Assembly: GCA_965116225.1 (NCBI GenBank)
Contig: OZ220495.1
Span: 149,405 to 213,404 of the forward strand
Source: Dehalococcoidia bacterium
GTDB taxonomy: Bacteria; Chloroflexota; Dehalococcoidia; Bin125
Length of the DNA: 64,000 nt
Direction of reading: 5' to 3'
How positions within the stretch are numbered: the first letter of the stretch is position 1; every line of letters starts with the position of its first letter. Of this stretch, positions 38,508 to 48,073 are shown piece after piece. The notes under the pieces are model-generated. The model worked only from the letters and a program-made list of their open reading frames with translations. It was not told the DNA's origin and made no database searches. The translations under genes and the position numbers were made by a program.

Positions 38508-39034
38508 CAGAGCTCCGTCTCGAACCAGGCCGACTGACCCGGCATCTCCTCGACGCCGACCCGCAGCCGCGCCAGACCGGGCGGCGCCGAAGACGCCAGC
38601 GACTGCGTCAGCCGTTCGGCAATGTACTCAGAGAGCCGCTCCGCCGTGCTGTTGTCGATCGGCAGCGCCGCGACGTCGCGTTTGGGCAGTCGATATGGAT
38701 GCTCGTCCCGGTATTGAATGATGTAATGCGTGTCGTCGTCGCTGATCGTCAGCGCGCGCGAGTGCATCTGCAACAGGAATTTATGATCGAGCGTCTCGCA
38801 GATCTCGCGCGTCAGACGCTTGAGCAGCGAGAAGTCGATCACCCACGATTCCTCGCTCAACGGTCCGACGACCTCGACAAACACGTCGTAGTTGTGACCG
38901 TGGATCGGCTCGAGCTCATCGGCGAAGGTGGCGAAGTGGCCGGCGGCGAAGCGCAGACGTTGGCGCTCGACGCTGACGGCGTGTCTCGCGTTTGGGCTCA
39001 TATCTGCGCTCGTGTCTGCGCGCTGATCGGGCAT
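38507..39034 (-). CDS. 6-pyruvoyl-tetrahydropterin synthase family protein (QueD-like)
   Basis: PTPS-family motifs (FAAGHFATFADELEPIHGHNYDVFVEV). Confidence 0.75.
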   Translation of the reverse strand: MPDQRADTSADMSPNARHAVSVERQRLRFAAGHFATFADELEPIHGHNYDVFVEVVGPLSEESWVIDFSLLKRLTREICETLDHKFLLQMHSRALTISDDDTHYIIQYRDEHPYRLPKRDVAALPIDNSTAERLSEYIAERLTQSLASSAPPGLARLRVGVEEMPGQSAWFETEL

Positions 39035-39056
39035 CGATGCAGCCTACCCTGCGTCG

Positions 39057-40307
39057 ATGAATGCGCCCCGTCTGAGCGAGTGGACTCAGTGGGCGGCCAC
39101 CTGGCGACCGGCGCTGCTGCTTGGTCTGCTTACGGTCGGCGCGTACGGCGTTCCCATGTACGGATTCGGCGTCTTTACCGGTCCGATGCAGGAACAGGCC
39201 GGTTGGTCGTCGGGGGCGGTCAACGCCGCGTTCATGGGTTCGTATCTGCTCGGCGCAGCCGCGTCGCTCGTGTCGGGATGGGCGCTGGACGCGATTGGCC
39301 CGCGGTCGGTGCTCTGGATCGGCCTGGTGGCTGGCACCGTGATCATGATTGGCGCTTCGTACGCGGAACAGATCGAGCTGTTCATCGGTCTGTGGACGAT
39401 CGGCGGCGCGATCACCATCGCTGGGCTGTTCTACAACGTGACGATGCCGATTGCAGCGCGGATCTATCCCGATCGCCAGACCGCCGCGATGGCCGTCCTG
39501 GTGACGACGGGAGGCTTCTCCTCGGTCGTCTTTCTGCCCTTGGCGGGACTCTGCGCCGAGGAGTTCGGGTGGCGCTGGGCGGTGCGGATGCTCGTTGTCC
39601 TGGCTGCGATTCTGGCTCTGCCGGCGGCGCTCACGATTCGTCGCCTGCCGACCCTGCCAACGTCGACCGGCGGCGGGCAAGCGGCGGTGTCCGACGTTCT
39701 CAGTGATCAGCGCGGCTACGTCAGCATCGGCAAGGCGCTGCGCTCGCGGGAGGCGCAGGTCACGATCGCGATGGCGCTGTGCAGCTCGTTCGGGCTCGGC
39801 GCGCTGCTCAATCACTTCGTGCCCGCGGCGACCGCGGCTGGGCTCTCGCTGACCGCCGGCGCGTCGTTGACCGGGCTGCGCGGTTTCCTGTCGCTGCCGG
39901 GGCGCGCGTTAATCGGGCCGATGGCGAGCTGGCTCGGACTGCGACCTACGCTCGGCGTCAGCTATCTGGTGACGTTGCTGGGGACGCTCAGCCTGATCGC
40001 CGCGGGTCCGACATTCTGGATTTACCTGTCGGCGGTAATCGCCGGTCTCGTCTGGGGTCAGATGATGCCGTTGCAAGGATTGATCGCGGCCGAGGTCTAC
40101 GGACTGAGACGGTTGGGCACGCTGATGGCGATTCAGACGTCGGCCGGTAACGTAGCGCTCGCGATTGGCCCGTTCGCCGCTGGCGTGCTGCTGGATGAGG
40201 TCGGCGGCGACTACCAGCCGGTGCTGGCCGCGATCGCCGTGATGAACGCTCTGACCTTCCTACTGCTGGTTCTGCTGACCCGCGTGCACAGGCGGGGGTT
40301 AGGCTGA
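39057..40307 (+). CDS. MFS transporter
   Basis: 12-TM profile. Confidence 0.8.
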   Translation: MNAPRLSEWTQWAATWRPALLLGLLTVGAYGVPMYGFGVFTGPMQEQAGWSSGAVNAAFMGSYLLGAAASLVSGWALDAIGPRSVLWIGLVAGTVIMIGASYAEQIELFIGLWTIGGAITIAGLFYNVTMPIAARIYPDRQTAAMAVLVTTGGFSSVVFLPLAGLCAEEFGWRWAVRMLVVLAAILALPAALTIRRLPTLPTSTGGGQAAVSDVLSDQRGYVSIGKALRSREAQVTIAMALCSSFGLGALLNHFVPAATAAGLSLTAGASLTGLRGFLSLPGRALIGPMASWLGLRPTLGVSYLVTLLGTLSLIAAGPTFWIYLSAVIAGLVWGQMMPLQGLIAAEVYGLRRLGTLMAIQTSAGNVALAIGPFAAGVLLDEVGGDYQPVLAAIAVMNALTFLLLVLLTRVHRRGLG

Positions 40308-40333
40308 TAGGCAATCACAGGAGGATTGGGATT

Positions 40334-41125
40334 ATGGGACAACTGGGCGGCAAGATCGCGCTGGTCACCGGCGCGGCGCGAGGGATCGGCAAGGGCATCG
40401 CGACCGAGTTGGCCAAGGCGGGCGCCGAGATCGTGATCTGCGATGTGCTGATCGACGACGCCTTCCGCACCGCTGGCGAGATCCAGAATCGACACGGCGT
40501 CACGGCCATCGCGCTAGAGATGGACGTCACCAGCGACCACTCGATCGCTACCAACGTCGAGAACGCGATCGCCGAGATGGGGCGCATCGACATTCTGGTC
40601 AACAATGCCGGCGTCGCCCCCGACCATCTCAGCCAGGATGAGGTTGAATCGGACTGGGATCGCTGTTTCGAGGTCAACCTGAAAGCGATCTGGAAGGTCA
40701 GCCGCGCGCTGATTCCGCACTTCAAGTCGAATGGCGGCGGCAAGATCGTCAACATCGCCTCGATCGCGGGGCGACAGGGCGGCACGATCGCGTCCTACTC
40801 GGCGTCCAAGGCAGGCGCGATTAGCATCACGCAGTCGCTGGCGACCGACCTGGGTCCGCACAACATCAACGTCAACGCGATTTGCCCCGGTCTGCTGTGG
40901 ACCGACCTGTGGCGCAAGCTCGAAGGCATGCTGATCGGCGACGACGCGGATGAGGTGGTCGACCGACGCCAGGCATTCGAGGCGGGCATCGCCAGCCGTA
41001 TGCCGCTGGGCCGAGAGCAGACGCCAGAAGATATCGGCAAAGCCGTCGTCTTCTTCGCCTCCGACGACGCCAGGAACATCACCGGGCAGGCGCTCAACGT
41101 CGACGGCGGCATGCGGATGAACTGA
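40334..41125 (+). CDS. SDR-family oxidoreductase
   Basis: Cofactor motif (GKIALVTGAARGIGKGIA) and catalytic YSASK. Confidence 0.85.
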   Translation: MGQLGGKIALVTGAARGIGKGIATELAKAGAEIVICDVLIDDAFRTAGEIQNRHGVTAIALEMDVTSDHSIATNVENAIAEMGRIDILVNNAGVAPDHLSQDEVESDWDRCFEVNLKAIWKVSRALIPHFKSNGGGKIVNIASIAGRQGGTIASYSASKAGAISITQSLATDLGPHNINVNAICPGLLWTDLWRKLEGMLIGDDADEVVDRRQAFEAGIASRMPLGREQTPEDIGKAVVFFASDDARNITGQALNVDGGMRMN

Positions 41126-41170
41126 GATCGGGACGACTTACTCTGCGTCTGTCGCACGGAAGGAACAGGC

Positions 41171-41977
41171 ATGACCGACGAACTGCTCTATGACGTCCAG
41201 GATCACATTGCGGTGATCAGGCTCAACCGTCCGGAGAAGCTGAACGCGTTCTCGAACGAGATGCTCGACGCCTGGCAGGAGTCGATTGTCCGCGCCTCGG
41301 TCGATCAATCGGTGCGGGTGATCATCGTCACCGGGGAGGGTCGCGGCTTCTGTTCCGGGGCCGATGTGGGACGCGAGCGGGCCGGGTCGGATGTGCTGGG
41401 CGGCGACCCCAACGCGCCGGCGGCGAACCGCAACTCGCTGCGAAACTCGGTCCAGCGGGTGCCGCGGGCGCTGTTCAACTGCGAGAAGCCGTATATCGCC
41501 GCGGTCAATGGGTCGGCCGTCGGCGCGGGTATGGACATGGCGTCGATGGCCGACCTGCGCATCGCCTCCGATCGAGCCAAGTTCGGCATGGCCTATGTGC
41601 GGATGGCGCTGATCCCCGGCGACGGCGGCTGCTACTACCTGCCACGCATCGTGGGGATGTCGAAGGCGCTCGAATTGATGTGGACGGGCAAGATCTTCAG
41701 CGCGCAGGAAGCGCTCGAGATGGGTTATGTCAGCAGGGTGGTCGAACACGACGAGCTGATGCCGGCGACATTCGAGCTGGCGGAGCAGATCGCGAAGATG
41801 CCGGCCGTCTCGGTGCAAATGATCAAGCGTCTCGCCTATCGCTCGGCGGAGACTGGTCTGCACGAGTCGTTGGAAATGGCGGACCACGCGATGGTGATCG
41901 CGCGTTCGACGGAGGACGCCAAGGAAGGCCCGCGAGCCTTTGCCGAAAAGCGCGAGCCGAACTTCCAGGGGTTCTAG
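41171..41977 (+). CDS. Enoyl-CoA hydratase/isomerase family protein
   Basis: Crotonase-fold motifs (LNRPEKLNAFS, GEGRGFCSGADV). Confidence 0.85.
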   Translation: MTDELLYDVQDHIAVIRLNRPEKLNAFSNEMLDAWQESIVRASVDQSVRVIIVTGEGRGFCSGADVGRERAGSDVLGGDPNAPAANRNSLRNSVQRVPRALFNCEKPYIAAVNGSAVGAGMDMASMADLRIASDRAKFGMAYVRMALIPGDGGCYYLPRIVGMSKALELMWTGKIFSAQEALEMGYVSRVVEHDELMPATFELAEQIAKMPAVSVQMIKRLAYRSAETGLHESLEMADHAMVIARSTEDAKEGPRAFAEKREPNFQGF

Positions 41978-42432
41978 CCGCGTCGCCTCGCCATTCGCGC
42001 GCACGCAGGAATGACAGACTGGTGGCTCAGCGGCGTGACCGTGACCTGATCGGCGACCAGTTGGACAGCGGCCTCCGCCAACTTGCTCCGCAGTCTCAGG
42101 CGGTACAAGCGACAGTATCTCTTTCGCCACTAGGTGCACTCGCACTATTAGCGCACCGGCGATTCCGGTACCTTCCGGCAGTCCCTCAATCGTTTTCAGC
42201 GCCCGCTGGAATCTCGTTCCTATCGGACGACGCGCCGTCTCAAAGGACGTTTCGGGTCGGGTTGCGCGACGGGATTCCGGTACACGCGCGCAGACCCGTC
42301 GAGCACAGGCGGGAATCCCACGTGCGCGGGACTAACGGATCGTTGGCATGATGTCATCAAGAGCAATAAGGTTGCAAACCGCCAAGGCGGTTTCAAAAGC
42401 GTAATGTTGGAATTGGAGCGAGGAGGCATAAC

Positions 42433-42681
42433 ATGACTGGCCGCAACCTGATCCGCTACGTCGATTACCCGGCGGCGCTGATCGTCGGTGGAGCGCTTTT
42501 CGGTGGCATCGGGTGGTACATCCCCTCTTCCTGGGTTGGAGTGCCATTGATCGCTCACATTGTGATCGTGACCGGCTTCGCGCTTCGACCAACATACCAC
42601 CGACTGATTCTGGCGTTCACAGTCACCTTTCTGATGTGGTGGCCTTTCTGGGCAAGAGGATTGATCTGGAGCGACCACTAA
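42433..42681 (+). CDS. Small 2-TM membrane protein (82 aa)
   Basis: GAGGAGG RBS then ATG 42433. W-rich ends (LMWWPFWARGLIW). Confidence 0.6.
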   Translation: MTGRNLIRYVDYPAALIVGGALFGGIGWYIPSSWVGVPLIAHIVIVTGFALRPTYHRLILAFTVTFLMWWPFWARGLIWSDH

Positions 42682-42690
42682 GACCACTAA

Positions 42691-42972
42691 TTGGATGGCA
42701 GGTCTCTAGGGCGCGGGTATCTCGGCCCGCGCCCTATTTCGGTCGGCGAGCGGGGGAGAGATGTCCAGGAGCGTCGAATTTCCGGTGGTGCGATTATCGG
42801 CGGGACGGTGGGGTGGTACTTCGGTTATTTCTTTGGGTTCTTGCTGGGCGCGCACGTTGCAATCGTGGTCGGCTTCGCGCTGGAACCGACTCGGCGACGA
42901 CTGGGGCTGGCGCTCGCGGTCACCTTCCTAATGTGGTGGCCCGCCTGGCTGGGGCAGTGGTTTTGGGAATAG
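42691..42972 (+). CDS. Tandem paralogue of the small 2-TM protein; start codon unclear, possibly degenerate
   Basis: ...GGAIIGGTVGWYFGYFFGFLLGAHVAIVVGFALEP...LMWWPAWLGQWFWE aligns with the first copy. Only a TTG at 42691 opens the frame, and it would span the hairpin. Confidence 0.4.
   Translation: MDGRSLGRGYLGPRPISVGERGRDVQERRISGGAIIGGTVGWYFGYFFGFLLGAHVAIVVGFALEPTRRRLGLALAVTFLMWWPAWLGQWFWE
42699..42726 (+). terminator. Perfect 10-bp hairpin after the first small membrane-protein gene
   Basis: agggcgcggg tatctcgg cccgcgccct, followed by atttcgg. Confidence 0.5.
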
Positions 42973-43008
42973 GACGCTGCAGCGCCCCGCCTGTGCGGAG
43001 CGGGAGCG

Positions 43009-43386
43009 TTATTCGTCCGAGACGTAGATCGTGCCGTCCGACACGCGCGTGTTAAAGGTCTGAATCGCGTCCGGCTCGATCTTGTTCTTGATAAACGGCG
43101 GTGGCGGCGGCATCAGCTTGTGGATCAGGTTCCAGATGCCGTTGGGCAGCCAGCGCTTGGTCTTGCCCGTGCGCATGTCGAACTCCGAGTCGTGCCAGGG
43201 GCAGACGATGTGGGCGTTCTTGAGTTCGCCTACGGAGAGCGGCGCGAAGAGGTGCGGGCAGCGATCCTGAACGGCGAAGATTTCGCCATGCACGTTGGCG
43301 ACGCAGACGCGCGTGCCGTCCAGATCGGCGGCGGTGACGTCGCCCGGTCGCAGTTCGGACAGCGGGCAGACGGCGGTCTCGGTCAC
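43009..43386 (-). CDS. Rieske [2Fe-2S] domain protein
   Basis: CPHLFAPLS...CPWHDSEFD (two Cys-X-His boxes). Confidence 0.8.
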   Translation of the reverse strand: MTETAVCPLSELRPGDVTAADLDGTRVCVANVHGEIFAVQDRCPHLFAPLSVGELKNAHIVCPWHDSEFDMRTGKTKRWLPNGIWNLIHKLMPPPPPFIKNKIEPDAIQTFNTRVSDGTIYVSDE

Positions 43387-43678
43387 GGCGGCCTCCCTCG
43401 TCTCGGGTGATTTCGAACTCCGCTGCCCCGATCATCGCGCGGCGCTCGCGCACAGTCAACGCGGGCAACGCAGGCGGCTCCTCGCGGCGGGAACGAGATT
43501 CCCGCATTTGCGGGAATGAAGGCGTTGTCAGGCGGCCAAGAGGCCTCGCCGTCGTAGCGGGAATGTGGCATCTAGCTGACGCACGCGTAACTCGTATCGA
43601 CCTGTATCACCCGTACACTGGGAGTACGGCGATCGCCATTGACGATCGGCGCTGACGATGAGCACTGGATGGTGAATT

Positions 43679-44527
43679 ATGCACTTCGAGCAGTACCTCT
43701 TCCCGCCGCGCGTGGCCGTCATTGAGGTCGCCGGGCAGATTGGCGCCCGTCTCAATCCACGCGAGCTGAGCCGAACTCTGCACAGCGTTCGGGAGAATCC
43801 CCGTTACCCGTCCGTGGTGCTCGACATCGACTCGCCCGGCGGCGGGGCGGCGGCATCCGAGGCGCTCTATCTCGCCGCCAGGCGGCTGGCCGAGGAGAAA
43901 CCGGTCGCCGCTGCGATTCGCGGGGTCGGCGCGTCCGGCGGCTTCATGATCGCCTGCGCCGCAAATCCGATCTTCGCCTTGCCGACGTCGGTGGTCGGCT
44001 CGATCGGCGTGATCTGGACCGCACCGATGATCTCCGAAGCGCTCGACCGCGTGGGGGTCAAGATGCGCACACGAGCGGCCGGGGAGTACAAGGACATGGG
44101 GTCGCTATTCCGCGATTCGACGCCTGAGGAGGACGCCAAGCTGGACGCGCTGATCCACTCGGTCTACGAGCGCTTCGTCGACATCGTCGCCGAGGGTCGC
44201 CCGGACTTATCGCGCGATCGTGTCGCCGAGCTGGCGTCGGGCGAGATCCATACAGGCACCGAGGCACACGAACTAGGACTGGTCGATCGCCTCGGCGACC
44301 TGCACGACGCGGTCGCCTGGGCGGCCGACGCGGCCGGTATCGAGCCGCGCACCACGTTGGTTCGCCCGAAGCGCGGCATCCTGCACCTGCTGATGTCGCA
44401 GGGGGCCGACTCGATCGCCAACGCGGTGGTCGATGCCGTGACCGAACGACTGGACACGGCACGGTCGGAGTGCCTGCTTGAGACGCGACTGCGCAGATAC
44501 GCAGGTAACCGGGCACGTCTGGGCTAG
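43679..44527 (+). CDS. sppA: Signal peptide peptidase SppA (S49, 36K type)
   Basis: VVLDIDSPGGGAAASEALY...ASGGFMIACAA. Confidence 0.8.
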   Translation: MHFEQYLFPPRVAVIEVAGQIGARLNPRELSRTLHSVRENPRYPSVVLDIDSPGGGAAASEALYLAARRLAEEKPVAAAIRGVGASGGFMIACAANPIFALPTSVVGSIGVIWTAPMISEALDRVGVKMRTRAAGEYKDMGSLFRDSTPEEDAKLDALIHSVYERFVDIVAEGRPDLSRDRVAELASGEIHTGTEAHELGLVDRLGDLHDAVAWAADAAGIEPRTTLVRPKRGILHLLMSQGADSIANAVVDAVTERLDTARSECLLETRLRRYAGNRARLG

Positions 44528-45663
44528 TTCGCGGCAGGTACGCGGGTGGGGCGGGGATAGATAATGTGGACGCCTTCGAGCGAGGGGATGAGTCGCTCGA
44601 TTGCCGTTCTCAGCTGATCGAGGTTGCGCTTCTCGCGCGCGGAGACCGCGATCGCCTGGACATCCAAGCGATCGTTCAGCTCCGCGAGCGCACCCTCGAC
44701 GGGGGCGTCAAGCGCGTCGATCTTGTTGAGCGCGGTCAGCGTCGGTCGCTGGTCGACGCCGAGTTCGCGCAGGGTTCGCTCGACGCTTTCGATCTGCTCC
44801 AGCACGTCCGGCGAGGCGCCGTCGACGACGTGCAGTAGCAGGTCGGCCTCTTCCAGTTCTTCCAACGTGGCGCGGAACGCCGCCACGAGCTGGGTGGGCA
44901 ATTTCTGAATGAAGCCGACCGTGTCGGAGAGCAGCACGGTGCGAGCCTCGGAGAGTCGGCAGCGGCGGGTAGTCGGATCGAGGGTCTCGAAGAGGCGGTC
45001 GCGTGCGCGGATGTCAGCGTTGGTCAGCGCGTTCATCAACGTCGATTTGCCGGCGTTGGTATAGCCGACCAGCGCAACGAGCGGGATGCCGGCGCGGTCG
45101 CGCTGGCGACGGTGCTGTTGTCGATGCGTCCGCACGCGCTCGAGGTCCTGTTTGAGCCGTTTGATCTGGTTGCGGATTAGGCGACGGTCAGTCTCAAGCT
45201 GGGTTTCACCGGGGCCGCGCGACCCGATGGCGCCTTCCATGCGCTCGAGGTGCTCCCACTGTCCGGTCAGTCGGGGCAGCAGGTACTCGTGTTGGGCGAG
45301 CGCGACCTGGACGACGCCTTCGCGGGTGCGTGCGCGCTGGGCGAAGATATCGAGGATCAGCGCCGTGCGGTCGATCACCTTGATGCCCAGCCGCCGCTCC
45401 AGCGTGCGCTGCTGTGCGGGGGTCAGTTCGTCGTCGAAGATGGCGATCGTGGCACGCAGCTGCTCGCGCAGCGCGACGATCTCCTCCAGCTTGCCCTTGC
45501 CGACATATGAGTTGGGGTCAGGATGTCGCAGTCGCTGCTTGACGCGGGTCAGCGGCATCGCGCCTGCGGTGACGGCGAGTTGCGCCAATTCCTCGAGCGA
45601 TGCGTCGATGTTCCAGTGCGCCGAGCGTCGCGAGTCGACGCCGACCAGAATCGCCCGTTCGCG
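44524..45663 (-). CDS. hflX: GTPase HflX; the N-terminal domain is encoded in frame but no canonical start codon is present
   Basis: G-domain (LVGYTNAGKST, DTVGF, NKID). The track ORF starts at TTG 45588, but the HflX N-domain (RERAILVGVDSRRSAHWNIDASLEEL) continues in frame upstream with no ATG/GTG/TTG back to a TAA at about 45826. Confidence 0.75.
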   Translation of the reverse strand, partial: RERAILVGVDSRRSAHWNIDASLEELAQLAVTAGAMPLTRVKQRLRHPDPNSYVGKGKLEEIVALREQLRATIAIFDDELTPAQQRTLERRLGIKVIDRTALILDIFAQRARTREGVVQVALAQHEYLLPRLTGQWEHLERMEGAIGSRGPGETQLETDRRLIRNQIKRLKQDLERVRTHRQQHRRQRDRAGIPLVALVGYTNAGKSTLMNALTNADIRARDRLFETLDPTTRRCRLSEARTVLLSDTVGFIQKLPTQLVAAFRATLEELEEADLLLHVVDGASPDVLEQIESVERTLRELGVDQRPTLTALNKIDALDAPVEGALAELNDRLDVQAIAVSAREKRNLDQLRTAIERLIPSLEGVHIIYPRPTRVPAAN

Positions 45664-45868
45664 CGGCGGATGGGTCGGATGCCGTCGGCGGCGTTTGCCA
45701 CCCGGCGGTCCTGATGGAAGGTTACGTTGGCGCGGAATGAGGACCTCCGTCGCTACGTCTATGCACGCATCATGCCTGTCGCAAGGCGGGGGACGCGATT
45801 CAGTCTGGCCAGAGCGAGCGGAGCTTTACATGCGGCAGGAACCTCCCACATCGGTTAGTTGATTCAGC

Positions 45869-47032
45869 TTAGCGCGACGTGAAGGCGGCAATGCGGTTGA
45901 CGCCTTCGTCGACTTCGTCGTCGGGGAGGGTGAGGCTGAGGCGGATGTAGCCTTCGCCGGCGGGGCCGTAGCCGTTGCCGGGGGTGACGACGACTCCCTG
46001 CTCCTCGATCAGGCGGGCGGCGAAGTCGGCGGAGGTCTCGCCCTCGGGGATTTTGGCCCAGATGTAGAGGCCGGCTTTGGGGTTGGTCACATCGAGGCCG
46101 ATCGAGCGCAGCGCGTCTACGACTTTGTCCCGGCGACGCTGGATGATCGCGTTGTTGGCCTCGATCACCGACTGGTCGCCGTCGAGCGCAGCGATCGCCA
46201 TCTGCTGGATCGCCTGGGGAATGCCCGAGTCGATGTTGGACTTGACGCGTAGCAGGGGATCGACGAGCTCGGCGTTGCCGCATGCCCAGCCGAGCCGCCA
46301 GCCGGTCATGTTGAAGGTCTTGGAGAGCGAGAAGAACTCCATCCCGGCTGCCTTGCCCGATGGTCCCTGGAGGTAGGCGGGCGCCTCGTAGCCGTCGAAG
46401 GTGATGTCGCAGTAGGCGTTGTCGTGCAGCACGGCGATCTCGTTCGTCAGCCCGAACTGCGCGGCGCGTTCGAAGAAGTCGACGTCGGCCAGCGCGCCGG
46501 TCGGGTTGTTTGGGTAGTTGATCCAGAGCACGCGCGCACGCGCGCACGCGGCGGCGGGTACGGCGTCGAGGTCGGGCAGAAAGTCGTTGTCGGCGGTCAG
46601 GGGCAGGTAGTGCGACGTACCGCCGGCGAACATTGTGCCGATCGCGTAGACGGGATAGGCAGGATCGGGGACGAGCACGACGTCGCCCGGGTCGATGAAA
46701 CAGAGCGCGGAGTTGGCGATGCCTTCCTTGGCTCCGATCAGCGGGACGATCTCGTTGGACGGGTCGAGTGAGACATCGAAGCGCCGTGCCATCCAGCGGG
46801 CGATGCACTCACGCAGTTCGGGCAGGCCTTCGGTCTCCGGGTAGCGATGGTTGGCGGGGATGTCGGCGTGTTCATGCAGCGCATCGAGGATGTGCGGGTG
46901 GGTGGGCAAGTCGGGGTCACCGATGCCGAACGAGACAACACGCACGCCCTTCTCGCGCTGTTCGGCGATCTTGCGTGAGATCTCGACGAACAGATAGGGC
47001 GGCAGGTTCTGAACCCGTCTGGCTATACGCAT
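45869..47032 (-). CDS. Class I aminotransferase, LL-diaminopimelate aminotransferase-like
   Basis: RVQNLPPYLFVEI...SLSKTFNMTGWRLGW. Confidence 0.75.
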   Translation of the reverse strand: MRIARRVQNLPPYLFVEISRKIAEQREKGVRVVSFGIGDPDLPTHPHILDALHEHADIPANHRYPETEGLPELRECIARWMARRFDVSLDPSNEIVPLIGAKEGIANSALCFIDPGDVVLVPDPAYPVYAIGTMFAGGTSHYLPLTADNDFLPDLDAVPAAACARARVLWINYPNNPTGALADVDFFERAAQFGLTNEIAVLHDNAYCDITFDGYEAPAYLQGPSGKAAGMEFFSLSKTFNMTGWRLGWACGNAELVDPLLRVKSNIDSGIPQAIQQMAIAALDGDQSVIEANNAIIQRRRDKVVDALRSIGLDVTNPKAGLYIWAKIPEGETSADFAARLIEEQGVVVTPGNGYGPAGEGYIRLSLTLPDDEVDEGVNRIAAFTSR

Positions 47033-47071
47033 GTCGCGGCTCTTTCGCTCGGTGATTCTCAGGCGGCGCGG

Positions 47072-48013
47072 TTAGAAGCGGCCCCAGATCTTGCCGACCT
47101 TGACGTAGGTGACGACCCGCTCGTCGTAGCGGCGCTGCACCTCGGCTGGATCAGCGGGGCGCTGGTAGGTGAGCTCGTTGGTGACATGGCGGAAGTTGAA
47201 CTCGCGCAGCAGCGGATCGCCGACACTGCCGCCGTCGACGCGTAGCGTCATCGCGCGGCGATTCGCGTCCGCGCCGCGCTGCATTGCCGTGGCGAGCAGC
47301 GCGCGCGACACTTGGGCGTAGTCATGATCGGGATGGACGATCAGCTCCTCGGCCGAGATACCGCGCCGCTCCGTCGGCACGGTGCGGATGTAGCCGATGA
47401 TCGCGTCGCCTGAGCCAGCGCGCTCGGCCAGGCCGATCCATTCGGCATCGTCGAAGAATTGGGTGGCGAGCGGCGGCGCATGCGCCCCTTCGCCGGCCGC
47501 CTGTCGCTCGATCTCGACGATCGCGCCGGCGTCGTCCGGCGATGCGTCGCGGACCGTGAGCGCCTCGTTCAGCTGAGGCAGGTTCTGGTCGCGCACGTCG
47601 CGGCAACGCATGACCGAGACTTCAGAGGGCGAACTGAATCCGGCGCCGATCATCATCGGCTCGATGTAGTGTCGATGGGGAAAATCGGCGAAGTCGAGCA
47701 TCATCAACTCGGACTGGGAGTGTTCCGTCGCCAGTTCGCCCATCTGGTTGAGCAGGTTGGTCAGATGCAGGCGGATGTGGTTGACCGTGTCGAACTCGTA
47801 GAAGACGCGCAGGTGGCGACCGTAGGGAACGCCGATCACGTAGCCGTCATCGCACTGGGTCGAGAGCATGCGCGGCTGGCGGACGAGCGCATCGTAGTCG
47901 AGTTCGGGCAGGTTACGGTAGACGAGATGTTTCGAGGCGAGCGTCTCGTGCAGGTCACGCACCATACCGGGGACGACATCCTGCGCGTGTCGCGTGTAGT
48001 CGGGAATGACCAT
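47072..48013 (-). CDS. Hypothetical protein with C-terminal GNAT-like acetyltransferase domain
   Basis: Loose acetyl-CoA-pocket-like segment (AGAIVEIERQAAGEG...AIIGYIRTV). Confidence 0.5.
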   Translation of the reverse strand: MVIPDYTRHAQDVVPGMVRDLHETLASKHLVYRNLPELDYDALVRQPRMLSTQCDDGYVIGVPYGRHLRVFYEFDTVNHIRLHLTNLLNQMGELATEHSQSELMMLDFADFPHRHYIEPMMIGAGFSSPSEVSVMRCRDVRDQNLPQLNEALTVRDASPDDAGAIVEIERQAAGEGAHAPPLATQFFDDAEWIGLAERAGSGDAIIGYIRTVPTERRGISAEELIVHPDHDYAQVSRALLATAMQRGADANRRAMTLRVDGGSVGDPLLREFNFRHVTNELTYQRPADPAEVQRRYDERVVTYVKVGKIWGRF

Positions 48014-48073
48014 CAGCTATCCATTTCCTGGCGATGTGTTCCTATGGCTGTCGGGGATCAGAGGCGTTGGCGC

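Noticed and set aside
46535-46556. Short tandem duplication cgcgcacgcgcgcacgcg inside the aminotransferase gene
   Set aside because: It is in frame (…ACARARVLW…) and only 2-3 units. Probably a benign micro-duplication, not a variable locus.
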